From IMG/VR virus record IMGVR_UViG_2563366883_000010, positions 1 to 12,178 of that record: a stretch of DNA of 12,178 bases. The stretch is one strand, 5' to 3'. A program made the translations under genes and the position numbers. Within the stretch, counting starts at the first letter, position 1. Each line of letters opens with the position of its first letter. The DNA is from a virus (lineage: Duplodnaviria > Heunggongvirae > Uroviricota > Caudoviricetes). Below, one piece after another: positions 1 to 7,958 of this stretch. The notes beneath the pieces were generated by a model. The model made no database searches. It saw only the letters and a program-made list of their open reading frames with translations, and was not told the DNA's origin.

Positions 1-60
1 GGTGCCCGGCGGGGTCGGGTTTGTCCTGAAAACGCCCCCCACCCCGTCATACAGCCTCAT
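1..60 (-). CDS. Hypothetical protein, 5' fragment (ATG at 58-60, continues past window start); sits where a terminase subunit would be expected
   Basis: Minus-strand ATG at 60-58 overlaps the upstream stop (TGATG) and is followed by 19 sense codons (MRLYDGVGGVFRTNPTPPGT) to the window edge. Function is a guess from position after HNH. Confidence 0.3.
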   Translation of the reverse strand, partial: MRLYDGVGGVFRTNPTPPGT

Positions 61-242
61 CAGCGATTGCGGAAACATTCCATAACCTCGCGGTCACGGT
101 CGTTTAATCGCGTCGCTGTGATACGTTCTGCGCGTCCTGACGCTTTATCTTTATGCCCTGTTTCCTGTGTCTTCCATGCGTCACGCTGCCTTATAAGTCC
201 ACGGATAAGGCGGTTTTGTTCCCGCTCATTCATCAGCGTCAT
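60..242 (-). CDS. Hypothetical small protein (60 aa)
   Basis: ATG at 242-240 overlaps the HNH 3' end by 17 nt; charged, protein-like composition (MTLMNEREQNRLIRGLIRQRDAWK...); its stop overlaps the next ATG. The SD is weak. The antisense plus-strand ORF 67-480 is S/R/C-rich and looks spurious. Confidence 0.35.
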   Translation of the reverse strand: MTLMNEREQNRLIRGLIRQRDAWKTQETGHKDKASGRAERITATRLNDRDREVMECFRNR

Positions 243-666
243 ACATCCAGTTATTGCGGTTAGCGGCCCGTTCTTCCTCTTCACGAAATCCACCTGCGGC
301 ACGCTTGCTTTTTGTTGCCGGATCAAGCCATTTCGTTTTCTGGTTATGACACGCCTGGCACAATGGCTGATGGTTCCATTCGGGCCAGAAGAGAACATCA
401 TCACCGCCATTAATCGGGATAATGTGATCCACCACCACGGCGGGCGTATATATCCCCGTCTCAAGGCATCGCACGCATAACGGGTTTTTACTCAGATACA
501 TGGCGCGGTATTTGTCCCACTGTCTGGAGTACCCACGCGCGCGGCGGTGTCCTCGTCTGGCATCCTCTGCACGCCATGCCGCCCGCCTGTGCTCCTGACA
601 CTTGCCGGACTTCACGCGCCTGTTACAGCCTGGTTCTGTGCATCGTCTTAATGGTTGCCACGGCAT
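226..666 (-). CDS. Phage-associated HNH endonuclease
   Basis: N-terminal Cys cluster (CTEPGCNRRVKSGKCQEH) and HNH core (VVVDHIIPINGGDD...NHQPLCQACHNQK). ATG at 666 overlaps the connector stop. Confidence 0.85.
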   Translation of the reverse strand: MPWQPLRRCTEPGCNRRVKSGKCQEHRRAAWRAEDARRGHRRARGYSRQWDKYRAMYLSKNPLCVRCLETGIYTPAVVVDHIIPINGGDDVLFWPEWNHQPLCQACHNQKTKWLDPATKSKRAAGGFREEEERAANRNNWMYDADE

Positions 667-962
667 CAGTACACCCCCACATCACGGTAAGCCGTCCAGA
701 GTGCACCAATCGTCATGGGTACGCGTGTTTTTGCGTTATCCGCGACAATCTGGCGATTTTCATACAGGTGAGCGATAAACATCATGCAGCCAATCTTTAT
801 GGCTGGCGTGAACTCCAGCCCGTCATCAAAGCGCCTGCCTATGTGTATCTGGCACGCCTCAAGCGATGCGGCAATGTATCCGCTGATTAACTGGTCTTCC
901 TCGTCGCCATCGATGCGGCAATGGAGTTTCACTTCTTCCAGGGTGATAAGTTCTTCTGTCAT
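666..962 (-). CDS. Head-tail connector protein (gp6-like)
   Basis: 98 aa; N-terminus MTEELITLEEVKLHCRIDGDEEDQLISGYIAASLEACQ is typical of gp6-like connector/DNA-packaging proteins. ATGA overlap with the adaptor gene. Confidence 0.7.
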   Translation of the reverse strand: MTEELITLEEVKLHCRIDGDEEDQLISGYIAASLEACQIHIGRRFDDGLEFTPAIKIGCMMFIAHLYENRQIVADNAKTRVPMTIGALWTAYRDVGVY

Positions 963-1297
963 TTTTCCGCGCCCTCACGACAAAGAATTTCAAGGCGTGT
1001 CCTGGCGGCATCCGGCAGCGGCTGCCCGATGATATTCAGTACACGCCCCGCCAGCGGCCCCGTATTGACCTTTATCCGGCTGGTGGCGTTGATGTCCTTC
1101 CTGTAGCGTATCCATACCCTTACCGTTCCAGTCGCCAGTTCTGCACCCGATGAAATGGCCTCCTTGCTGCTGATCATGTTCACGCTTGCCCAGAGTGTGT
1201 GACCGTCCACCCACGTTTCGAGTATTTCGCCCGTCATGGCTCTGGTCTGTTTCAGGGTCTGAATCGTTACCCTGTCACGCAGTCGCCCTATGTTCAT
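959..1297 (-). CDS. Head-tail adaptor / head closure protein (head-tail joining family)
   Basis: 112 aa from ATG at 1297 (MNIGRLRDRVTIQTLKQ...), which overlaps the portal stop as ATGA. An alternative in-frame ATG at 1339 would overlap the portal by 45 nt and has a poorer SD. Confidence 0.7.
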   Translation of the reverse strand: MNIGRLRDRVTIQTLKQTRAMTGEILETWVDGHTLWASVNMISSKEAISSGAELATGTVRVWIRYRKDINATSRIKVNTGPLAGRVLNIIGQPLPDAARTRLEILCREGAEK

Positions 1298-2505
1298 TCC
1301 GGTTTTTCTCCCTCGCTGATTTTTACTTCCTGTTTCCATGCCTGGCTGAACTCATCACCACCATCACGCGGGGACAGCCCTTCACGTTCGCGGGCTTCGT
1401 TCGGGCACATAACGCCGGATTTGATGCCGCGTTCATAGGTGGCAAAGCGTTCGCCAGGTGTGGCCCGTAACAGGTCCGCGCTGTCAAACTCCACCTGATA
1501 CCGGATACCAGGTACAGGCGAGGCCACCAGCAGGGCGTTTTTTATCTGCTGCTCAAAGTTCGCCAGCCACGGGCGCATCGTCATGGTGAGAAATGCGCGG
1601 CTTGCCTCGCTGAAATTGCTGTAGGTGCTGTTGCTGTATTCCTGCAAAAAAATCGGCGAGACGTTGAACATTCGGGCGATGTCTTCAATGGTGAAGCGAC
1701 GGGAGGCCAGCCATTCAGCATCCTGATTACTCATGCCCAGCTGCTGATAGCTCATACCCCCTTCAAGGATGGGCGTTTTTCCGGCGTTTCTGGCCCCTTT
1801 GTAGCGTTCCAGTGCGGCTAATGCCTGTTTGCCCTTCACGCCGTCCAGCCATTCGCCTGACGTGATAACCCCTGCCGCCATCATGCCATCACGCATCACG
1901 CTCGCGCCGTGGCGTTGTTGGGCCAGCCCAAGCCCCAGCGATTCGCGGCAGATGGTTACAGGTGAGCGCCCCATAAAGCCGTCATCCGTGGAGTAACGAA
2001 GGTGAAGTACTTCCCACGGTAAATAGTTGCGGGTGTTTCCGGTGTAGGCGTCAGTGATGCAATAGCGCCAGTTGTGTTCTCCTGTCTGCTCCACGTTCAC
2101 CGACTGCGGCGGGTAAGGATGCAAAGCCGTCGGAAAACCATCACGCCCCCACTGAATCACCGCATAAGCATTACCGTTTAACAGGCAGTGGCGGATCATC
2201 ATTCGCTTAAACTGGTAGGGGGTTTGCCATGCGTTCGGGCGCTCGTTGAGGATATGATCGACCGGATGAGAATCAAGCCACTCGCGGGCCTCCTTCCCCT
2301 TCTCATTGCGTACCAGGTACAGGTAGCACGGCATGGTAGCCACCGCCTCAGAAATGACCGTGACGGCGTTCATGACGGCGGGGAGTGATTCCGCTGTCCC
2401 CGATGATACGTACTCACCCGCCCCCGTGTTCGATGTGCCAGCCAGCGCCATAAATTCATCAAGCGTCATGCTGCGCTGCTCTTTTTTTCTTCTGAAAGGC
2501 CACAT
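1294..2505 (-). CDS. Phage portal protein, HK97 family
   Basis: 403 aa with portal-like composition and conserved stretches (e.g. FTIEDIARMFNVSPIFLQ). ATG at 2505 sits one base after the protease stop and is preceded by a GGGGGTG SD-like motif. Confidence 0.9.
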   Translation of the reverse strand: MWPFRRKKEQRSMTLDEFMALAGTSNTGAGEYVSSGTAESLPAVMNAVTVISEAVATMPCYLYLVRNEKGKEAREWLDSHPVDHILNERPNAWQTPYQFKRMMIRHCLLNGNAYAVIQWGRDGFPTALHPYPPQSVNVEQTGEHNWRYCITDAYTGNTRNYLPWEVLHLRYSTDDGFMGRSPVTICRESLGLGLAQQRHGASVMRDGMMAAGVITSGEWLDGVKGKQALAALERYKGARNAGKTPILEGGMSYQQLGMSNQDAEWLASRRFTIEDIARMFNVSPIFLQEYSNSTYSNFSEASRAFLTMTMRPWLANFEQQIKNALLVASPVPGIRYQVEFDSADLLRATPGERFATYERGIKSGVMCPNEAREREGLSPRDGGDEFSQAWKQEVKISEGEKPE

Positions 2506-2506
2506 A

Positions 2507-3064
2507 TCACACCCCCGCTAAATCCGCCCACCAGCGGCGATTATCCGCACGCGGCATTTTTTCGGGGTGCTGCTCATACAGGGAGCGGCGGGCCAGCTCC
2601 ACGCCGGAATCGGGGTAAGCCGGTACGGATGTAACGGTAATTTCGTACAGTTCCGCCACCAGCACGGTGCGCACGCATGGATCTGTTGTGGTATCCCATA
2701 CATCCTTACGGGAACGAAAGCCAAAGCTCATGCCGGATATATCACCACGTTTAACCAGTTCGATAACGTCACGCCCTGTGCTGGTATCCGGTGGGGTCAG
2801 TTCAAAGCGTAACCCTGTGTCGTCCTCTTCCAGTTTCAGCGTTCCGGAACGGGTGCGCCCCAGTAACATGCTGTGGTCATGCTCATACAGGCCGCGAACG
2901 TCATTACCCGCCGCAAGCCACTCAGTAAACGCCCCCCGCTGGAATTTTTCGTAAAACTCCCCCCATAACAGTTCCGAAAGGTTATCCCAGCGAACAACGT
3001 AGCCTGTAAGCGTGTTGCTGGCGCTGGTGGTGATTTCCGATGACCGGATTTCCATACTCTTCAT
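2507..3064 (-). CDS. Prohead serine protease, HK97 family (S78/U35)
   Basis: Family-typical motifs GAFTEW, HDHSMLLGRTRSGTLKLEEDDTGLRF, RGDISGMSFGF. Start taken at ATG 3064 (MKSMEI); the longer ORF to 3178 starts with GTG inside the capsid gene and is rejected. Confidence 0.85.
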   Translation of the reverse strand: MKSMEIRSSEITTSASNTLTGYVVRWDNLSELLWGEFYEKFQRGAFTEWLAAGNDVRGLYEHDHSMLLGRTRSGTLKLEEDDTGLRFELTPPDTSTGRDVIELVKRGDISGMSFGFRSRKDVWDTTTDPCVRTVLVAELYEITVTSVPAYPDSGVELARRSLYEQHPEKMPRADNRRWWADLAGV

Positions 3065-3089
3065 AATTTTTTTCACCCATAAAACACTA

Positions 3090-3109
3090 AAGGGGCTTTT
3101 TAGCCCCTT
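3090..3109 (-). terminator. GC-rich hairpin just 3' of the capsid gene (possible partial terminator or transcript stabiliser)
   Basis: AAGGGGCT-tttt-AGCCCCTT, 8-bp stem; on the minus strand it is followed by UAGUGUUUUAU. Lies 10 nt after the capsid stop and before the protease start. Confidence 0.4.
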
Positions 3110-3119
3110 CTGTATGCTG

Positions 3120-4277
3120 TTAATCGTCGTCCTGTGGCAGTTCCAGAATCTTGATCGCGTTCGAATCCACCACGCCACCGCCTAAATATTTTTGCGTGAA
3201 AATTTTGATGAATCCTGGTTCTGTCAGGTTGTCCGGTCTGGTGCGAACACCTGTTTCGTGATCAACGATGTAGTAACCGCGTTTGAAGTCACCCAGGGCA
3301 ATAACGTTATCAGGCATAAACTCCAGATATTCGACCGGAAGGCCCAGCAACGTATCAGGATCACCCGCCTGTAAACGGTCGCGCCAGATGTAATCACCGT
3401 TCGCGTTCTTCACCTTCTGGAGTTTTGCGGCCGTCGTGGAGTTAACCACCCAGACCGCGTTCTTGCGGTATTTTTTACGTAATGCAAATTTCAGATCGAT
3501 CAGCGGGTCCGCAGATGTCCAGGCAAGAGATTCGGAAGGCTTAATAACCTGCAACGTACCAAAATCACGTTCTTTGTCGTTCTTCTCTGCACGGGGTACG
3601 GATAAAAAGCCTTTTGCTTTTTTGTCACCGTCGCCCACAACCAGATCGCTTTCTTCGGTTTCCGTGAAGGTGTCGCCAATCTCACCCGTCAGCCATGAAA
3701 GGATGTCCACATCGGAAAAATCCACGATTTCCTGTGTGGTGCGCGGGTACGCATAGACCGGATACAGCTTAATGCTCACCTCGTTAATCTGCGGGGTGCT
3801 GGTCTGTTCGCGTGCCTTACCCTCTTCACCGTGGTTAACGGTCGCACCGCCAGCGGAAACAAGCTGCTTAAACTCGTTGCTGCTGATTTTCTTCACGGTA
3901 CAGATGCGGCGCATGGTGGACTCATCCGCCAGCATTCGCATGATTTCGGTGTTCAGTTCGGGGATAACGGTATAACCACCATCAGCGGGAACGCCTGTAC
4001 TCAATGCGCGGGTTTCACCTGTCAGAATGTAGTGACGTAGTTCGGCGGGGTCAGTGGTCTGGCTGTTTTTGCCTGGTTTACTGCGCTCTTCGTCAGCAAC
4101 GGCCTCAAGGCGGGAGATGTCTTTATCGAGGGATTCAGCTTTAGCGCGTAATTCGTCAAATTTTGCGCCCTCAGCATCGTTAAGGCTGCGGTTTTCTTTT
4201 TCCGCGTTCTCCAGTATGTCGCGCATCTGATTTTTAATGGCGGTTTTCTGCTGGCGTAATTCGATTATTCTCGGCAT
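3120..4277 (-). CDS. Major capsid protein, HK97 fold, with N-terminal coiled-coil scaffold-like domain
   Basis: 385 aa from ATG 4277 (MPRIIELRQQ...). The first ~90 aa are charged and helical (ELRAKAESLDKDISRLEAVADEE), like a delta domain. The rest has the usual HK97-type capsid composition. Confidence 0.9.
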   Translation of the reverse strand: MPRIIELRQQKTAIKNQMRDILENAEKENRSLNDAEGAKFDELRAKAESLDKDISRLEAVADEERSKPGKNSQTTDPAELRHYILTGETRALSTGVPADGGYTVIPELNTEIMRMLADESTMRRICTVKKISSNEFKQLVSAGGATVNHGEEGKAREQTSTPQINEVSIKLYPVYAYPRTTQEIVDFSDVDILSWLTGEIGDTFTETEESDLVVGDGDKKAKGFLSVPRAEKNDKERDFGTLQVIKPSESLAWTSADPLIDLKFALRKKYRKNAVWVVNSTTAAKLQKVKNANGDYIWRDRLQAGDPDTLLGLPVEYLEFMPDNVIALGDFKRGYYIVDHETGVRTRPDNLTEPGFIKIFTQKYLGGGVVDSNAIKILELPQDDD

Positions 4278-4367
4278 AAAAAAAGTCCTGAAGTTAAGTA
4301 AGGAACTCCAGGACGCGGCAAACACTCAACCGTTTTTCATAAGGAAATCAGCAATCGCACCGATCGT

Positions 4368-4415
4368 TTTCCCGCCTGGTAATGAATATTGGCGAGCACA
4401 TTAACAGGCGGGAAA
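4368..4415. repeat. Perfect 11-bp inverted repeat with a 26-bp spacer, in the leader of the head operon
   Basis: TTTCCCGCCTG (4368-4378) and CAGGCGGGAAA (4405-4415). The spacer holds a second nested pair TAATG/CATTA (4380-4384 / 4399-4403). Confidence 0.5.
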
Positions 4416-4491
4416 GTGGCCCCAGCGTCCTGGCACCACGGGCGAGAATACTCATGATTCAGTTCGGGTAAAATATGCCGATCCTGTCAGT

Positions 4492-4518
4492 GAACAACGT
4501 GGAACAACCACGAACAAA
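4492..4518 (-). promoter_or_regulatory. Phased direct repeats, 3 x GAACAA at exact 10-bp spacing (TTGTTC on the coding strand); candidate regulator-binding array
   Basis: GAACAA at 4492, 4502 and 4512. The reverse complement matches 22 of 25 positions with the array at 10869-10893. Confidence 0.4.
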
Positions 4519-4536
4519 TAATTTACAAAAAATGAC

Positions 4537-4560
4537 AAAAAGCCGGATTGCTCCGGCTGT
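4537..4560 (-). terminator. Rho-independent terminator (minus strand)
   Basis: Minus strand reads ACAGCCGGAGCAATCCGGCTTTTT: 7-bp stem AGCCGGA/TCCGGCT, 4-nt loop, then a T-run. Sits 9 nt after the stop of the 74-aa gene. 23 of 24 identical to the element at 4891-4914. Confidence 0.6.
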
Positions 4561-4568
4561 ATGCGTGC

Positions 4569-4793
4569 TCAGTCCCTGATCCCTTTCAGAAATTCTATCA
4601 ATGCATCTATCTGTTCAGGATTTACCGCCAGCATTTCACCGGACAGAGCACATCTCACAAAACCATGCTGATCCTTTTCAATCAGTGCGCCCGTCTCCAG
4701 GAATGCGCGGTAATCATTGATGCTCATCGTCTCCATGTTGTCAGCATGGTATTTATCACGCTGTTTTAATATCTCATCAAATTTCATCGGCAT
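4569..4793 (-). CDS. Hypothetical protein (74 aa), cargo gene
   Basis: ATG at 4793 with SD GAGGA 7 nt upstream; the ORF is bracketed by two near-identical terminators. No family recognised. Confidence 0.6.
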   Translation of the reverse strand: MPMKFDEILKQRDKYHADNMETMSINDYRAFLETGALIEKDQHGFVRCALSGEMLAVNPEQIDALIEFLKGIRD

Positions 4794-4890
4794 TGTTTTT
4801 TCCTCTGTTGTGTCTGTTTGTTTCAGATAGTAACTATGCCTGACCGTGACGAAAACCCGGTAATGCGCCATACCGTTTCAACTGGTGCAA

Positions 4891-4914
4891 AAAAAGCCGG
4901 ATTTCTCCGGCTGT
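4891..4914 (-). terminator. Rho-independent terminator (minus strand), twin of 4537-4560
   Basis: AAAAAGCCGGATTTCTCCGGCTGT; same stem with one loop substitution and a T-run on the minus strand. Sits 4 nt after the stop of the PerC-like gene. Confidence 0.6.
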
Positions 4915-4917
4915 TGA

Positions 4918-5190
4918 TTAGCTGTCTGGGTAATTACGCCATATTTCATCGCTTACACCATCTATACCCATTTCAGCATAAGTGCGATCTACTGCCTTTC
5001 TCAGGTCTCCGTAATTATCCGGCGGCTCCGGTGGCCTCTGTGCCTTTCTGGAACATTCCAGCCGTCGCATCGTAACCTGATGCCGTTCCTTGTCTGTCTC
5101 CACCAGCAGCATGACTTCACCCCATCGCGCCGCCGCCCTCCGGTAAAAGCCTTTCGCCTCGAGTTCTTCCGCTATGCGGTCATGTACCAT
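4918..5190 (-). CDS. PerC-family transcriptional regulator-like protein (90 aa)
   Basis: Start at ATG 5190 (MVHDRIAEELEAKGFYRRAAARWGEVM...) with a GGGGGTG SD directly after the SSB stop. The LE-KG-(F/W)-RRAA-RW signature is what I recall for PerC/Pch activators. The longer ORF to 5310 overlaps the SSB gene and is rejected. Confidence 0.55.
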   Translation of the reverse strand: MVHDRIAEELEAKGFYRRAAARWGEVMLLVETDKERHQVTMRRLECSRKAQRPPEPPDNYGDLRKAVDRTYAEMGIDGVSDEIWRNYPDS

Positions 5191-5200
5191 CGCCACCCCC

Positions 5201-5611
5201 TCAGAACGGAATACCGTCACCGTAAGGGTCATCGCCTCCCGCTGGTGGCTGATTACCCTGTGTGCCTGTGGTTTTGCGTCTGTTCCCGCCAGGACGTGCC
5301 GCACGGGCACTGATTACGCTGTCTGCAATAACCTGATAACCCTGCCGCGTTTCCCCGTTCTGTCCGGTCCACTGGCTGACCTGCATCGTGCCGGATACGC
5401 TGGCAACGTCGCCTTTTTGATGTTTAGCCAGGAAGTCGGCCTGCTTACCAAATGCGATGACCGATAGCCATAACGTCGCCTGTCCGTCCTGTGCCTGACT
5501 GCATGGCAGTGATACCGCCATACGCGCCAGCGTCATCGGTGTGCCCTTGCTGGTCTGTTTTACCTGCGGGTCGTCCACCAGCCGACCGTAAGCCGCTATC
5601 TGTGCTGTCAT
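5201..5611 (-). CDS. Single-stranded DNA-binding protein (SSB family)
   Basis: 136 aa; the OB-fold core (WLSVIAFGKQADFLAKHQKGDVASVSGTMQVSQWTGQNGETRQGYQV) is co-linear with E. coli SSB; Gly/Pro/Gln-rich linker and acidic tail ending DGIPF (compare SSB DDDIPF). ATGA overlap with the upstream ORF. Confidence 0.8.
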   Translation of the reverse strand: MTAQIAAYGRLVDDPQVKQTSKGTPMTLARMAVSLPCSQAQDGQATLWLSVIAFGKQADFLAKHQKGDVASVSGTMQVSQWTGQNGETRQGYQVIADSVISARAARPGGNRRKTTGTQGNQPPAGGDDPYGDGIPF

Positions 5612-5853
5612 GATTCCACCTCTCCGGTTTTAACGTTGATGGTTGTTACCTGTTCCGCTTCGGCAATCTCCCGTTCTGTCAGCGTGGCAAAGTTTGCCGC
5701 CGTCGTGGTCATGAATGCGCTTATCAGTTCGGGATGTGCTTTCGCGTATCCTTCCCCGGCGTTGCGGTCGATGATTTTTATCGCCACCCTCAGCCAGTGT
5801 TCTGTCAAATCAAGGGCGTGAGATTGTGGTTTTTTGGCGTGCTTCGTTGTCAC
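5608..5853 (-). CDS. Hypothetical protein (81 aa), first gene of the SSB / PerC-like operon
   Basis: GTG start at 5853 with GAGG 9 nt upstream; its stop overlaps the SSB ATG (ATGA). No family recognised. Confidence 0.5.
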   Translation of the reverse strand: MTTKHAKKPQSHALDLTEHWLRVAIKIIDRNAGEGYAKAHPELISAFMTTTAANFATLTEREIAEAEQVTTINVKTGEVES

Positions 5854-5904
5854 AGGCTTTACCTCACAGCAATAAAATAAAATTTTTGCATTTCAACCCT
5901 TCAC

Positions 5905-6127
5905 CTGTTCACCTTTTGCAATTTTCCCTTTTTATTCATGATGTTAAGGGGTGAACAGTTTCACAAAAACTATTCACCAACTGTTCACCACTGTTCACCC
6001 TTAAAGCTCAATAAAGAATCAAAAAGGTGAACAGTGAATAGTTTGGTGAACAGTTCATAAATAACTGTTCACCCTATAATATACTGATATAAAAGACATT
6101 TATTGCAGGGTGAACAGTGGTGAACAG
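5905..6127. repeat. Iteron-type replication origin: nine copies of GGTGAACAG (both orientations) plus an AT-rich segment
   Basis: Full 9-mers at 5905, 5950, 5981, 5991, 6026, 6045, 6065, 6109 and 6119 (start positions), with partial copies at about 5972 and 6035; AT-rich stretch 6074-6104. Begins 14 nt after the replication-protein stop. Confidence 0.75.
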
Positions 6128-6140
6128 TTATTCCATAAGT

Positions 6141-7958
6141 TTAATTTTTTCCATCGTCATTTGTGACCGATGCACATGATGGCATCCAGTATTCTGAATC
6201 CTCTGTCAGGGTCACATTTGAACGCAAACCGTGCTTCGTTTTCCGTTTCATATACTCCCTGCCATATTCCGCCATTGCCCCCGGCATATCTTTACCGAAG
6301 CGCGTCAGTGTTACAGGTTTACCGAATCCGTGTGCCCTCATATATGCCAGATAGGCGTGATAAAGATACCTGCGCGGACTGAACGGAATAATTTCGGCAT
6401 TACCCACTAACAGACCATCACACATTACCGACGACATGAGATAGCCGCAGAAGTCCACCAGCGAATCGCCCTCGCGTTTTATCACCAGAGCTTCTTCTGA
6501 TTTCTGCTGCTCATACAGCAGGCGTTTAGCTTCGTCCTGGTCAGAAAAACGAGTAAGCAGGTGGCGAATCACAACCGCCAGCTCTCCTTCTATTTTTTCT
6601 GCCAGCATGGGGTCGCGTTCGTTTTCCGGTACAACCTCCGAAAAATTGAATATCACCCGACGACGTGAAATCCCCCCGCTGCGGTCACTGAATGACATGG
6701 CGTTATTGTTCACCGCCAACACTACCGCCTGAATGCGTGTTGAGTAGGGGGCTTTATGCTTCGGGTCGATTGCCACCTTGTCACCGCCTGTAATGGCCTT
6801 AATTCCTGCGCCATCACCAGCGTAACGGGTCATATCCGGCATGATAATCAGCGAAAAGCCAACCACTAACGCGCGTTCCCTGGCATCTTCCAGCGCCTTC
6901 ATGCTTGCCGATACCGTGTTGGCCTTACCCGCCAGCATGGTGCAAATCTCCGCCATCACGCTTTTACCACTTCCCCCTGGACCTGTTACCTCAATGAATA
7001 ACTGCCAGTCGTACCGGTTCGCCAGCACCATGAATAATGCAGCCAGTACGCGATCCGCCTTGCGGTCATTCTCAGCCACCGAACGGCGTAACCACTTCCA
7101 GAAATTCGGCGCATGTGTTGCCAGCGTTTCCCCCTCTGCTGGTGGGCTGAAAGGTAATTCACTGGCAATTAACAACCAGTCGTTTTTGTTATGCTCCCGA
7201 AAATTACCTGTTCTGGTATCAAATACCCCGTTACTGAATCCAATCAGGTTACGGGCTGTATTCCCCATTACAGGCAAACTTAACTTCATGGTATCGACCG
7301 CCGATTTAATGGCGTTCTGCGAATAGCTGATCTCCGCATCAATGAAAATCTGTGCCATAGCTCGCTGTAATTCTTTATCCTGTACTGGCTCCCATACAAC
7401 GCCGTTGTAATGGTGAACAGTGTCAGAGTCAGCATGAATCGCCAGTTCACCGCCATAATGTGCCAGGAGAACTTCGCCGCGTTGACTTGCTCCCATCTGG
7501 TTAAGCGCCAGTGATGAAGCGTTATCGTCTTTTACCCGCTCTTTTTTCTTTACAGGCAGTTCAACTACCTTTTTCTTTTCCGCCTGCTCTGCCCGTTCAC
7601 GTTCCAGATATTCGCGCCAGTTCTCCCGTTTCTGGCTGTGCATTCCTTCAGGGTAATAATCAGCATCCCTGACACCTGCCGCTGCCAGTTTCTGCCCGAT
7701 GGTATTAACAAGCCCCGAACGCAATAACCCCGCCTGATAGAGACGCACGCGATAGCGTCCGTCCGGTACGATTTGCAGGTTGTCCAGTTCGGCAAGTTGT
7801 TGCTCTCCAAGCCAGACAGGTGGCACGTTATCGCCAGCCAGTCGCCCGTCCTGTTCCTGCCACTGCTTCGCATGTGCCCACGCATCACTACCCGCAAAAA
7901 TGATGACTTCCGTCATTTTGTCACGTGGCTGGTGTTTTAAATTTGGCGCTTTTTTCAT
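6141..7958 (-). CDS. Replication initiation protein, P4-alpha / D5-family primase-helicase (SF3 NTPase)
   Basis: 605 aa from ATG 7958 (MKKAPNLK...). Walker A VTGPGGSGKSV, Walker-B-like LIIMPDMT, VVLAVNNN; D5_N-like segment NGVFDTRTGNFREH. The track start at 7973 is GTG; the ATG at 7958 overlaps the upstream stop as ATGA. Confidence 0.9.
   Translation of the reverse strand: MKKAPNLKHQPRDKMTEVIIFAGSDAWAHAKQWQEQDGRLAGDNVPPVWLGEQQLAELDNLQIVPDGRYRVRLYQAGLLRSGLVNTIGQKLAAAGVRDADYYPEGMHSQKRENWREYLERERAEQAEKKKVVELPVKKKERVKDDNASSLALNQMGASQRGEVLLAHYGGELAIHADSDTVHHYNGVVWEPVQDKELQRAMAQIFIDAEISYSQNAIKSAVDTMKLSLPVMGNTARNLIGFSNGVFDTRTGNFREHNKNDWLLIASELPFSPPAEGETLATHAPNFWKWLRRSVAENDRKADRVLAALFMVLANRYDWQLFIEVTGPGGSGKSVMAEICTMLAGKANTVSASMKALEDARERALVVGFSLIIMPDMTRYAGDGAGIKAITGGDKVAIDPKHKAPYSTRIQAVVLAVNNNAMSFSDRSGGISRRRVIFNFSEVVPENERDPMLAEKIEGELAVVIRHLLTRFSDQDEAKRLLYEQQKSEEALVIKREGDSLVDFCGYLMSSVMCDGLLVGNAEIIPFSPRRYLYHAYLAYMRAHGFGKPVTLTRFGKDMPGAMAEYGREYMKRKTKHGLRSNVTLTEDSEYWMPSCASVTNDDGKN

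Noticed and set aside
67-480. Plus-strand ORF of 137 aa
   Set aside because: Antisense to the HNH gene and the 60-aa ORF; Ser/Arg/Cys-rich low-complexity translation typical of a shadow ORF, with no SD.
3065-3178. N-terminal extension of the protease ORF
   Set aside because: Would start at GTG inside the capsid coding region and add a Trp/Arg-rich, non-protein-like leader. The ATG at 3064 sits just after the capsid stop and hairpin.
5191-5310. Longer form of the PerC-like ORF
   Set aside because: Overlaps the SSB gene by up to 110 nt in another frame. The ATG at 5190 has a strong SD immediately after the SSB stop.
5905-6127. Possible CRISPR array
   Set aside because: Repeats are only 9 bp, occur in both orientations with irregular short spacing and sit beside a replication gene. 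These are iterons, not CRISPR repeats.
6841-7326. Plus-strand ORF of 161 aa
   Set aside because: Lies entirely inside the well-supported replication gene on the opposite strand; no motifs.
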